The notes below the pieces were generated by a model. That model did no database searches. It was not told the origin of the DNA and saw only the letters and a program-made list of their open reading frames with translations. DNA of 64,000 nt from the human T2T-CHM13v2.0 reference genome, Homo sapiens. The stretch lies in assembly GCF_009914755.1 (NCBI RefSeq), contig NC_060927.1; one strand, given 5' to 3'. Position 1 is the stretch's first letter; each line of letters starts with the position of its first letter. A program made the translations under genes and the position numbers. Of the stretch, positions 12,372 to 30,423 are shown piece by piece.

Positions 12372-14484
12372 TGTTCTTTCCGTCTCCCAACATGGTGGCC
12401 TCAGAAAAGGAGAAGGAGAAGGAGAAGAAGAAGGAGAAGGAGGAGAAGGAGGAGGGGGGGGAGGGGGAGTAGGAGGAGGGGGAGGAGGAGGAGGAGGGGG
12501 AGGAGGGGAAGGGGGAGGAGGGGGGAGGAGGAGCAGGGAGAGGGGGAGGAGGAGAAGAAGAAGAAGAAGAAGGAGAAGGAGAAGGAGAAGGAGAAGGAGA
12601 AGAAAAAGACAATTTCCCTAATAGACTTTCTGACTGAGGAAGGGCAGACTGGAGGAGGAAGCACCTATATCCCCAGACTGGGCTGATGAAACAGATGAGC
12701 CAGAAGGAAATGCTTCAACCACTTGGCACACTAATGATGAGATGTGTATAGGACATCTCCAATTGGTCATTCCATTCTTTTCACTGCTCCACAGGATGCT
12801 GGAGAACCCCATATTGATTGGAGCCATCTTCCCAAATCACCATCCTACAATGCTCTTCTAGGGAACTTGCTCTATGATGTGATAGAAGACTCAATTAAGG
12901 AATTATTTAGAGGATTAAATATTGATACAGCACACTGACCACATGAACCCGGCATCCAGAGAGGTTGAAAGTTTTAGTTATCCTGAGTTTGAGGACCTGG
13001 ATGCCCTGTTCAGTACCCTGGGTCTCAATGAAGAGTCTGTAGGTAACAGGATAATTAGAGTGGACATTGCTGACCAAGCACAGGATAAAGACAGGGATGA
13101 CTGTCCTCTTGGCCAGGATAGAAATTAGGATACTGACAAAACAGATATACTGGAGGTCCATCCTGCCACAGACAGCTTTGATGACTACCTGCCTAGAAGA
13201 GGTGTTGATAGCTTTGGAGACAAGTATCAAGATCATGCAATTCAGACCAGTATCATGATGGGTGTCAGGACAGGTTTAGAGATGGCTCACACCAGGATAT
13301 GGGTCAATGTGGGGGCCGGGATTAAGATGATGACTGAGGCAGCAGAGACTATGATAGAGGCTATGATTCTGCAACAGGCAGTTGCAGAAGAGCATTTGGT
13401 AGTGGGTACCTCAGAGATGATGACTACTGAGGAGGTGGATGAAGGCCAATAAGACAGACAGGACAATTGGTCATGGAACTCCAGAGATGATTACTCTTAG
13501 GGTGATTATAGGCATGATGATAGGGGTCCCTCCCAAAGATCAGAGCCTCAGAGCATTCATAAGGAAGATGATCCCTCTTCTAGCACCCCCTCAGCTCAGT
13601 TGAGTGGCTTCTATCTTTGGAGGGGGAAAGTCCATTGACACAGTTGCTAGAAAAAGAGAAGCAGAAGAACAGCTACAGAAGAAACAAGAGAAACCATATT
13701 GACAGCTGGATGAGCCAAATCTAGAACAATGGCCTCTGGAGAGACATCCAAGCTGGCAAAGTGAAGAAACTCAGGAACGGGAATGGTGGAGGACGGGAAG
13801 TGAGCCAGTGCAGACTGCGACCCCAGCCACATCAGGCAGAAGCAAGTCAGACCAGGACACATGAAGAAGAGAGAGTGAGAAGTCTCTAGAAAATGAAACA
13901 CTCAATAAAGAGAAACACTGCCAGTCTCCAATTTCTAAGCCTTCCAAACCTGATCAACTCCTAAAGGTGATTCGAGCCCCTCCACCAAAGGAGACTGCTT
14001 AGGTGAAGAGAAGTTCTAATCCTCTTATTCCATCTCAGAGCTCAGAAACAGAGCAGCAACCCCCTACAGGTAGTGAGGGAAAAGTACCTCCAGTTCAACC
14101 CTCAGAGGAAAGACCAGCAAAGAAAGATGAAAATAAAGTAGACGGGATGAATGTCCAAAAGTCCAAAGTGGGAACTCGGGCCGTGGTCCAGGAGATGGAG
14201 GGAACAAAGACTGCTGGAGGGAGTCAGACAGGAAAGATGGCAAAAAAGATCAAGTCTGCAGATCTGCACCTGAGTCAAAGAAACCTGAGGAAAATCCAGC
14301 CTCCAAGTTCAGTTCTGCAAGCAAGTGTGCTGCTGTCTCTGTTGATGGTGAAGATGAAAAGGAAGGAGCAGATTACACCAAATAGACCTCCTGTGCTTTC
14401 TCCTAGTCTCTCTCCACTCTGGAACATTCAAGAGCAAAGCAAACCTACATCCAGACAAGACAAAATAACACTCACCACCTCCTG
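12372..14484 (+). pseudogene. EIF4B: Processed pseudogene of eukaryotic translation initiation factor 4B (symbol given is the parent gene; pseudogene number not determined)
   Basis: CTCCCAACATGGTGGCCTCAG start (ATG at 12392). KTISLIDFLTEEG...GGGSTY, RRM (LPKSPSYNALLGNLLYDVIEDSIKELFRGLNI; EFEDLDAL...LNEESVGNRIIRVDIADQAQDKDRDD), decayed DRYG region and C-terminal KDENKVDGMN. Former stop TAG at 14383-14385 plus about 100 nt of 3'UTR. Intronless, with many frameshifts and stops. Confidence 0.96.
12404..12608. repeat. Pure-purine-rich (GAA/GGA/GAGAAG)n tract inside the EIF4B retrocopy
   Basis: About 200 nt, almost all A/G, between the start codon and the KTISL codons. Confidence 0.95.
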
Positions 14485-14539
14485 GGGGAGGAAAAAATCA
14501 GGGTCAAGTTCTGATAAAATAGCTATGTCTCAACCCAAA

Positions 14540-17225
<2,686 letters not shown>

Positions 17226-18026
17226 GTTCTCTTGATTCAAGATACGTACTTTTCAAAAAGTACAACCAGGCAGTTAAGCAACATTGACAAAGATGTTCTT
17301 GGGTTCCAAGAGCAGAGATAAGAAAACAGCAAAATTAGAATCTGGACTATTTCCCATTAACGATTCTAAGACTGAAAGGAAGACCTCTAGAGGATCACGG
17401 TGTTCTTGAATCCCATTACTGCCAAAGGTTCATCTATTATCCATTGCAATAACAATGACTCGATCAACAGTGATGCTACTGTTGCTTGGAAAGCATCCAG
17501 ATGCATAGTGTTCAGAAGCTAAATCAATCCCATTGATTATAAGATGATAAATGATTCTGAGGCACAACCCATACACCTGATAATTGCCACTTTATCAAAG
17601 GAAGACATCTTAAACAAGCTTTAATAAGAATGTTCAAAGCTTTGCAGGTAAGAGCTTGAGAATTACAAATAGGAAGTAGTCACCATTGTGAAAAAAGGTT
17701 GAATTAATTTGCAAACTCATAGGGAGTTATGTGATACAGCAGAAATTGCACAAGAAAAATAGCAGAGATAACAAGAATACTCATACGGTTCTACTTTCTC
17801 CAGCTCCTTTGAGAAAGAACAATGAACAGCATCCCCCATCAGGGGTTCCTCCTGCCTGGTCCCTGATCCTACTAAAGGTAAGAGTGGAAACCTGAGCACT
17901 AGGGAATTTTTGGTTTAGTTTCTCGTGGTATTGGGACCTGTGTGAGCTCCAGGGACCTGCGTGTCCCTAAACTCTCTGCCGCTTTGGCGTCAGCCCATGC
18001 TTCTCATGCTGTTAAGACTTGTTTCT

Positions 18027-18275
18027 TAAGACACAGGTTGCAAAGCCCCCGCTGATAAAACAGGATGTGGTAAAGAAGCTGGTTGAAACCAGCCAGAATC
18101 AAGATGGTGACAAAAGCAACCTCTAGCTGTCTTCACTGCTCATTCATTACATATTAATTATAATGCATTAGCATGCTAAGAGAAACTCCCACCAGTGTCA
18201 TGACAGTTTACAGATGCCATGGCAACTTTTGGAAGCTACCCTATATGGCCTTCTCAAACTAGGAACCCTAGTTTG
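18027..18275 (+). mobile_element. MER41B-like LTR internal fragment
   Basis: 'GCTGATAAAACAGGATGTGGTAAAGAAGC...CAAGATGG...TAATTATAATGCATTAGCATGCTAA...ACTCCCACCAG...GCCATGGCAAC...CCCTATATGG'. Confidence 0.8.
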
Positions 18276-18582
18276 AGACTTTCTGAAACCAAGAATCTAG
18301 ACCTTCTCCCTGATCCTCCCTTTGTCTGTGACATCTGGAACAGTGCCATGGTGCCCATCTGCTTGGATAAGGACCTTATACCATTCTGCAAAGGCAGTGG
18401 AAAGAGCATGGTTAAAGATCCAGTTCTCAGGCTGGCCAAAAGCCCTTTACTGCTTGGCCGCTGCCTGCCTTTCTGAGATAATTCTCTTATCACTCAAGAA
18501 AATACCTTAAATTCATTCACTCAGAACTAGCCAGGGTGTGAGTCTGTTGTCAGGATCCAAGAAAGAGGTGACAAGGGTTTAA

Positions 18583-18883
<301 letters not shown>

Positions 18884-20801
18884 GACAAGGGTTTTAATCA
18901 GTAATGGTCATCAGATTAGAAAGGGTGAATAGACCCAAGAGGTGTTCAGGAGACAGAGTCAATAGAGCATCTGACAAAACTTAAAATGCAACTTTAAATC
19001 TGTTCAGAAGTACATTTTAGTTTGTATTTATTTTTTTCTGTTGCTACTGCACAAATTAAAGCAGCAAATTTTAATAAGATGATGGCATTTGGCTTGATAA
19101 GAAGGTGGGATTGTTAAATAGTCACTGCATGGCCAAATCCGTGGCATTTCGACAGCCAGCCCCGTGACTCTGGCTTCCTGTGCCAACCTAGGCTTATTTG
19201 GAGTGAAAAAAGAACCTGTGAGAAGGAAGGAGAGCTTTTTTCTTTTTTGAAATAAACTTGGTTTGTAGAATAGAAACCTCTGAGCTTAGATTTCTTCCAG
19301 CTTAAACATTTATATTTGTGGTCTTACATTTGCTAAATCTAATAGCTTGAATAAATTCCACGTAGCTTTTTTAGAAACTAACTAGATTTTGTGTAACTTT
19401 TTATCCCTAGGTCAAATGATTTGTGGTTTTAATGAGTTCACTTACTCTACATTTTGCTTTGAATGTCTAAGACATTTTCCAGCAAGAAGTGGTGGAAATT
19501 AGAATCGCCAACCCAGCTGCAAAATCAGTCTTGTATTACAGAGCAACCTGTGACTCTGAGCCCCGGGACATCAGGGACATCAGGCTTCTAGCCCTGCTCG
19601 GCCTTGGTGAGGAGTGGACTCAGTAGAGACATTTCTTAGGGCCCAGCACACCTGTGTGCAGAGTTGGGCACCTGTTACCCACAGCAGGGTTTATGTAGCA
19701 AAGAAAATTCTGGAAGTCTTGTTCCAAAGTTAAGTTGGATTCAAAGCTGAGGGGACAATGGCCTCTACAGCTCTGTGCATTATATTCTGTTCCATCTTCA
19801 GATCTTTCTTTCTATGTCATCCTGACTGAGTCTAAGAGTGGTTGTATCTGTGTATCTATCTCCTCTTTCCCATCTTCTCACTGTTATGGAATTTATTTCT
19901 GTTTAATAAAAGTATCATGGACCTGGAATATCTGTACCCTTTGGACTAAATGCCTCAGTATATCAATACAAAGCTTGGAGGTCCATGCACAGAGAATTTT
20001 ACTCTAAGCGTAATGTAGAGTACCAGGAGATGATTGCAGAGCTGGGGACAGGACACTGACAACAGGAAATGGGGAGGTGACAGGATGGAAGTTTAGATAC
20101 TACCTGAGGCTCTAAGAAGAGATCTAGAATGCCCCACCCCCAAGCCTTGACTCAGAGTGGCAGGGAGAAAAGATGACAGGAGCCTCAGATCTCAGACCCA
20201 ACATGGTGTGCCAGCTTTAGAGCAGCATTGGTGGACGGAGGTGCCAGGTGGTGAGATGGGCATGGTGCTCCTGGCAGCCTTGAGCCACAGGTGCCACCAG
20301 AGAGTACATGCAAGTATCAACAGCCCTAGAGTTGGAACAAAAAGGCTTATAGTGAGAGACACCCTGACCAGGGGCAATGGCAGGGATCATGGCCATCAGC
20401 ATGAAACTTGCTCTGTACCCAAGACAAGGTAGGAGCCACCAAAGCTTAGTGGACACCAGTGCAGGGAAACCAGCAGCCAAGGTGGGAGTGGGGAGCCACC
20501 CAGAGGAGGTTGGCAGGGCCCTGGAGGACAGCACATGGAGCCCAGACCTACCTACCCACCACTCCAGGAGAATCCATGTGTCTTCCCCTGCCTCGAGAGG
20601 TGCCTTGGAAAGGAAGAGGGGTAAGGAGATTCCTTGGGAGATGAGTATCATCATTTCAGACAGCAAGCTGAACTTAGAATTAACTGAATATTTACACAAA
20701 AGAGACAGTCGAATTAGAAGAGGCAGAATTACCTTTAATTGGTAAATGTAAATGTTTTTTGCTTTTAGAAGGAAATAACTCTAAAGCACGATGTGGTCAA
20801 A

Positions 20802-20833
<32 letters not shown>

Positions 20834-20847
20834 CGTGTACACACACA
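20802..20847. repeat. (TG)n followed by short (CA)n
   Basis: Direct reading. Confidence 0.9.
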
Positions 20848-21133
20848 AAATTAATGCATTTCTTATTCTTGGTTAGTAAACTTTGATGCTGCTACATTTG
20901 ATACAAATGATATACCGGACACTTGGTTATTATAATCTCATTCAAAATCTTATTTTATGGATTAAAAACAAACAAACACGAAAACCCTGAAGCCCAGAGC
21001 TGGTAAGGGGCAAAACACTGGAGACAGGCCTGGGTCTTCCGACTTCCTCATCAGTGGTCTCCCCACCACACAGCGTGTTCGTCCTCAGAATCCTTGGGTG
21101 TGCACTGTTCCTGGTTGATATGATGAGCTTTGA

Positions 21134-21570
<437 letters not shown>

Positions 21571-21855
21571 TGATTTATTTCTAATCATAAAGCACTCAAT
21601 GGTACAAAATTGTCTAGGAATAAAAGCCCAGGATGATGACAGAAACAGGGAGATGATAAATACTGACTCTTGGAGGAAGAAATGTTCTTCATTTTTCCTG
21701 TGTGGATAATCAACTGTGGGCCATCGCAGGAATGTACTCTTTTTACGGGTCTCCGGCCTCATGCCTTATGGATGAAGACTGTCGAATGTGCAGACTGCAG
21801 GGACTTTGCCTCCTCCACAGCAGAATCAACACTCAACTCAACCATCCCCTATAAA

Positions 21856-22022
21856 CAGCTGTTGTCCCAGGCTTGGAAGATAGTAAAAATAAATCTGTGA
21901 TAAGAAGCAGGCTTATCTTCAGGCCTCAGGTCCAAGGGTAAGGCTGAAGATAGAAGCCCCACCCTGTTATCGCTTGACACTCTAGAATCCCCTGGGTTTT
22001 TTAGCAAAAGATAACGCAACTG
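21856..22022. promoter_or_regulatory. Candidate GATA/TAL1/KLF enhancer
   Basis: Five WGATAR sites (21878, 21898, 21913 rev, 21948, 22009), a TTATCT-N8-CAG composite, CCCCACCC (21957) and E-box CAGCTG (21856), in sequence I do not recognise as repeat. Confidence 0.5.
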
Positions 22023-22596
22023 CTAAAACAACCATCACTCAGGAGACAAGGAGCCCCGGCCAGATTTTACCTGATACAAGCAGTCACTCAATATGTGCCT
22101 GTCAACACCCCCTCCCTTCCCCAGAGCCTTTCCTACCACATCCAGAGAAACATGGCTTATGGATTCCAAGGACTCTTCAGGGATAAGCCATCTATCTCTG
22201 GAGGCTTCCTTAGTGAAAGGGAACTTGGATTTCCTAAATCAGAGAATACTAGCCACTTTGATATTTCAGATCTGCCTCAAACAATCCCTGAAGGAACCAT
22301 ATGTGATTCCTGGAAAGCAACCAAATGTATTCTGAGGGGGCCATATGCCACAGGAAAATAAATCTGAAATACGGCATACTGTATTTTCTTCTTGGAGCTT
22401 CATAACCCACATTAGGATATTAAAGGTCCTGAGAAGTCCTGCACTTAAAGACCAAAACTTAAATACTCTTATGCAAAACAGCTTTTCCAGACTTATCTGA
22501 GCACAGAGCACAATTTTCCATAGAACGCTTCTTAACCCTCCGCTGATTTGGCCTTCTGCTAGTGTCTGACTGTATCTTTTATGTCTGGGTGGTTAG

Positions 22597-23082
<486 letters not shown>

Positions 23083-23780
23083 TCAAGCACAATTAATACC
23101 TCCTTTTACTCTCTAAAGTGTTTTAGTTTGGACCATGAATTATATGGCACTCCTGCCACTGTGACCATCAGGAGAGCCCTTCCAAAGGCTGCAGACTGGT
23201 TGAGGCCCTCGTACTAGAACTGAGTGAGCAAATGAGCTCCAGAAGGTGTGAACCTATAAATGTGGGAGGCCCCAGAGGGGATCAGATGGCTCCACGGTGG
23301 GCAAGACATCATCCGGGAGAGAGCCAGCAGGGAGGAGGAGGGCAGGAAGCCAGGACAGTGCCTCAGGGTTGCTATTGGCAGCATTCTACTGCTACTTGGA
23401 TTTTTTGAATTAAAAAATTGTACTTGAGAGCATAACACATTTTTCTCATGTTTGTGGTTTGGAAGATCATTCCTTTTCCCCTTTGATTTTTAGTAGAATT
23501 CTTGAAAATGTCTGCACCAGTTGTGCTGAAGGGAAAAACTGGTGCCATTGACCACAGTGTTTTAAGGGCAGAAGGACAGTCCTGGGCCTGGGCTGTGGAG
23601 CTGGGGATGTGTTGGACAATTCCCAAGGGGTGGATAATAGCTCGGGGGGAGAGGCAGGACAAGTGAAGTTCCGTGATAAGAGGGGGAACTGAAGCTGGAC
23701 CTTGAAAGGTTGGGGAGGACTTGTGGAGATGAGAGTGGGGAAAGGTAGGTGTCCCAGACAGAGGGAGCAGCATAAGATAC

Positions 23781-24272
23781 TGTATGAGTTTCCTATTGCT
23801 GCTGTAACAAATTATTGCAAACTCAGTGGCTTAAAGCAACCCAGATTTACTATCTCACAGTTCCGGGGGTCGGAAGTCTGAAATGGATCTCACTGGGCTA
23901 AATCAAAGTGTCAACAGGCTGTGTCCCCTTATGGAAGCTCTAGAATTGAGTTCTTGCCTTTTCTAGCTTCTAGAGGTAGCCCACGTTCCCTGGCTCAAGG
24001 CTCCCTTCCATCTTCAAAGCCAGCAACAGCTGGTCGAGTGTTTCTCACATTGCATCACACTGACTGACCACTGTCACCTCCGTCTCTCATGTAAGGATCT
24101 GGTGATTACACTGGGACCCCTGCTGCATAATCCAGGACACCCTCCCCACTTCAAGATCCTTAATTTGACCACATCTGCAGAATCGCCTTTGCCATGTGAA
24201 GTAACACATTCACAGGCTCCTGGGACTAGGGAGTGGATATCTTGGGTGGGGGGCATTATTTCGTCTACCACA
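23781..24272 (-). mobile_element. MLT1C/D-like LTR, near complete
   Basis: TGTATGAGTTTCCTATTGCTGCTGTAACAAATT ... TCTACCACA termini. Confidence 0.85.
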
Positions 24273-24903
24273 CATGCCAAGTAAGGACAGTGTCCTTGCA
24301 AAATAGGAAAAGTGAATAGTCCATTTGCCTGGATTGGAAGGAATGTATGAGGAAAGATGTGGAACCAGAAGTATAGACTGGAGATTCAGGAAGGGAGAGA
24401 AACGTTTCCTCGATTCTCTTCAGAGGGCCTAAGTGGCCATGGACCACATCCTTTGCTCAGGCTGCTATTGTGATGCCAGGGCGGCAGCCATGGGGCAAGG
24501 TCAGCAGACACCTCCATGAGGGCCTACATGGTGGAAAGGCACAGGCTTGTAAACTCAGGATCCTGAGGAGCTCAACTCATTAAAAGCAGATTCTCATCTG
24601 GGAATCACCTTTTCTCTTCAGTGGCAGTAATAGAACTCTTTTTTCAAATTAAATTCATATGTAAACAGGTTAAAGCAGAGCCATTCAGGCTAATACAGGG
24701 CAAAGGGTCCCCAGAACCACCTAGTCCTCTGCCCATAGAGGCTCCTGGGGCACATCCCCAGGATGCGGGACACAGCAGGAAAACCTGTAGCAAAGTTCAG
24801 AAGGCTGGGTGGTGAACAAGGACTCAGAAGGTCTAGGAGGAAATGAATGTTCTAAAGTGTGAGGGAATATGGACATAGTTGCTCACAGCAAGGTTCACAC
24901 ATG

Positions 24904-25290
24904 GGTCTTAGTTTGAGCTCCCCCAGAAGCTGACCCTCAGATAAGGATATGAGTGCAAGTAGTTTATTTGGGAAGTGGAAGGAACATGGGTAGGTGAAGA
25001 AGAAAGATATTTGAGCAAGGGAAGGCAGCTAGTAAGTGTGTGCTGTCACACCAGCTACTGCAATATGGAACTGGTGCTTAAGCTTAAGAGGAAACTCTGG
25101 GAAACAGTGAAAGGTAACAAAGCTGGGGAATTCACACCTGCCAGTCATGGCTTAAGGACTGGCCCAGATGGTAATTCCCTGGTTCTTCCCACTCCTTCCC
25201 TCCTGCAGGCAACAAAGATGGCTGATGGCAGTCAGGCTGACACCATGCGCTGAAATAGCAAGGGTCTCTGATGGGATATGGGTGAACACT
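24904..25290 (-). mobile_element. LTR16-family (ERVL) LTR
   Basis: 'CCCCCAGAAGCTGACCCTCAGATAAGGATATGAGTGCAAGTAGTTTATTTGGGA'. Confidence 0.7.
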
Positions 25291-26758
25291 TTCAGCTGCC
25301 TCAGGATGGTCTTATCAATGAGTCTGGTGACAGCAGAAGTGTTCATTCTGCCTAATTCTCCATCACCACCCATCAGCGTCCAGGTTTATGGCGAGACCAC
25401 CCTGCATCCTGCTCTGCAGTCCTCAGACCAACACCGACTGGGGGGACAGTTGTCATTTTTGGCTGCCTATTCCCCATGGCCCTCACTACAGCACTGAGTT
25501 TTTCTATCACAAAATGATTTCTCCGTGTAGGGAGAAAGAAGCCTTCTTAGAGTCTCTGTCTCTTGGTGATCTGAAATATCCATCTCCATGCGATCAAAAG
25601 GCATCCAAGTCTGGGCACAGAGAGAAGAAGCATTCCTAATTCCAGAAGTTCCTGAGAGAACAGGGCCAGCTTTCTGGCAGAACAGAGATGTGAACTCAAT
25701 GTCCTTTGGGAAATTAGCTTTAGTTCTGTACCAAGAGCCTATAATTATACTGACCAGGCTAGGGTACTTGAAATGATGATTAAGGCATGAATGAAAAATA
25801 AAAGATCCCTTTGTTTTTATGCTCATTATGCCTCTTTTTGATGACTATGCAAAAAAAAAAAATGCCTTTCAAACAATTAGCTTAATTAGCAGATTGTATT
25901 TTCATTCCCAGCTCCAAGCCAAGTGCCCAGCAGTTGATCATAGCTGGGTAAGGATGCACTGGCCCTGCCTACCTTCCTCCTCCCACCCACCTCCATGTTC
26001 CAGAACATGGCATTTGGGGTTGATCTTTACCTTGGCCCATCTCCCAGCAGCCCTTGGGCTGAGTTCATTGCAGTCTGTGGGCCCAGCTCTGCCTGGACAG
26101 CCCTGGCTCCTCAAGACAGGAGTCTGTTTGAGGGAGGGAAGGAATAGGTGGAAACCAAGCTTCCTAGTCTGATAATGCAATCCAGTGTAATCTGGCCCCA
26201 GCCTACATCCCAGGTCCACACACCCTTCCTAGAAGCCATCCCCACTCTCTGGCTCCATGTCTCTGGTCTGCTGTCCCTTCTCCCACCCTACTTGTGCATC
26301 CCAGATTCTACCTGTGCCTCAGGGTGGCTTGCCTCCTCTATGAGGTCTTTCTTGTTTCTTTTAAGGCCTTTTGCCTGTACTTCTCCCATTATCCTCACCA
26401 CTTTAAAATGGATTCAATTAAAAAGGCAATAGATGAGCTTATTCTTAATAGAAAACATTAAGAAATGAATAATTATCTAGAAAAAAGTAGGAACTCCTCC
26501 ACCACTGCCTCCCTACTCCCCACCCCTTCCCCGAGGAAATCACTGGGAACAGTCGACCACACAATGAATGTTATGCAGTGCTTGCTTCTTTCGTTTAATA
26601 GAATACATCTTGGACATTTTCCATATCCAGGACTTACAGGTCAGCTTAACTCTTTTCAGTGGTTGCTGAACTGCCCCATCTGTTACCAGCCCACTATGGA
26701 TGGTCAAGGGAATTTGTAACTAATGGAGTTAGAGTGCAGGTGTTTGGGAATGAATTTA

Positions 26759-26892
26759 CTCCTTTTCCTCCTCCTCCTTTCTTCTTCTTCACCCTCCTCC
26801 TCTTCCTCCTTACCTTCCTCCTCTTGTTCCTCACACTCCTCCTCCTCCTTTTCTCCCTCCTCCTTCTCTCCCACCTCCTCCTTTTCATCCTT
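26759..26892. repeat. (CCT/CTT)n polypyrimidine tract
   Basis: Degenerate trinucleotide repeat. Confidence 0.9.
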
Positions 26893-27564
26893 TATACAAA
26901 TTAGAGGTCTTAAGTCCATTCCTAAAATGTCATTCTCACTCCTTTGCATTCTGACTTTCTTCTCACTCTAAAATATATATGCATACAAATATTCTAATTC
27001 TGAAATATTTTTAAAATATGGACAAGTGTAGAGAATCATATAAAACATCTACATGCACATTTAACAAGCAGTAATATTTTGAAATACAGGCATATCTCAT
27101 TTTATTGAGCTTTGCTTTATTTTGCTTTTCAAATACTGTGTTTTTCACAAATTGAAGGTTTCCAGCAACTCTGTGCCAAGAAAGTCTATTGGTCTCATTT
27201 TTCCAACAGCATGTGCTCACTTTGTGTCTCTATGTCACATTTTGGTAATTCTCACAATATTTCAAACTTTTTATTATTATATGTGTTATGATGATTTATG
27301 ATCAGTGATCTCTGAAGTTACTATTGTAATTGTTTAGGGGCACCATGAACCACACCCATAGAAGACAGTGAACTTAACAAATGTTGTCTGTGTTCTGACT
27401 GCTCCACCAACCAGCCATTCTCCAATCTTTCTCTCCTCTGGCCTCCCTATTCCCTGATTCACAACAATATTGAAATGAGACCAATTAATAACCCTACTAT
27501 AGCTTGCAAGTGTTCAAATGAAAGGAAGAGTTGCACATCTCTCACTTTAAATAAAAAGCTAGAA

Positions 27565-29434
<1,870 letters not shown>

Positions 29435-30423
29435 GGCAAACTTCATTGTTGTCTTATATTAAGAAATTGCTACAGCCACCCCAACTTTTGGCAACCACCA
29501 ACTGATCAGTCAGCAGCCATCAACATCAGGGCAACACCCTCCATTAGCAAAAAGATGACTTGCTGAAGGGTCAGATGATCATTAGCATTTTCTCAGCAAT
29601 AAAGCATTTTTAAATTAAGCCATGTACATTTTTTAGACATACTGTCATTGTATACTTAATAAATTACAATATAGTGTAAATGTAACATTTACATGCATTG
29701 GGAAACCAAAAAATTTGTACAATTCATTTTGTTCTGACACCTGCAATATCTCCATGATGCCTGTATTTCTTCAAATACTAAAAAAAAGAAAAGAGAATGG
29801 AAACAAAAATCAGTTGCAAGTAAAGCTAAATTCTCTCCCTGTGCCTCATTTCTCTCCTCCTGACATTTTTGAAGTACTCACCATTCTAATGCTGTATATT
29901 TTTTTCATCCTTGTTTTCATAGTTTGCTACTATGGTTGGGGGGACAAAATATGAAGATATTTAAGAGCATGTATGGAGCATGGCACCAACCAGAGTGATA
30001 ACCAACCATATACCACTCAGCTTACCCAGCATTGACCCCTGAATGTTAGTTCTGTTCATAAGTAGTCTTTCATTAACAATGCATTGTTTTGTGAGTCTTC
30101 AAGAGATATTAGCACACTCTATTTCCTTTTGCAACTTGTCTTTCACTCAACATTATGCTTGGAGATTGCTTCCTGTAAATACTGATAAGTCTAGCTCACT
30201 CTCGATAATATCATGCTTTCTTGATGGGGAGAGGAAGGAAGTTATGTCCAGGAACCTGGGTGTCATACAAACAGAGCCTGTCCTAACAGGGCCATAGCTG
30301 GGCCTTGAATCTCACACAAGTATATGAGATGCTTTTGTGAGGATTGGGCCAAAAAAGGCTGTCATGCCTATTGCTTCATTTACTTGCATAATTTGAGGTT
30401 TCATAAAATTTGGGAATGCCTAT

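Noticed and set aside
12333-12686. Arg/Glu/Lys-rich ORF resembling a protamine-like or charged protein, and its Ser/Pro/Leu antisense ORFs
   Set aside because: Translation of the purine microsatellite fused to pseudogene sequence. The real EIF4B ATG is in another frame.
26659-26971. Poly-E/R/S/L ORFs
   Set aside because: Translations of the (CCT)n tract.
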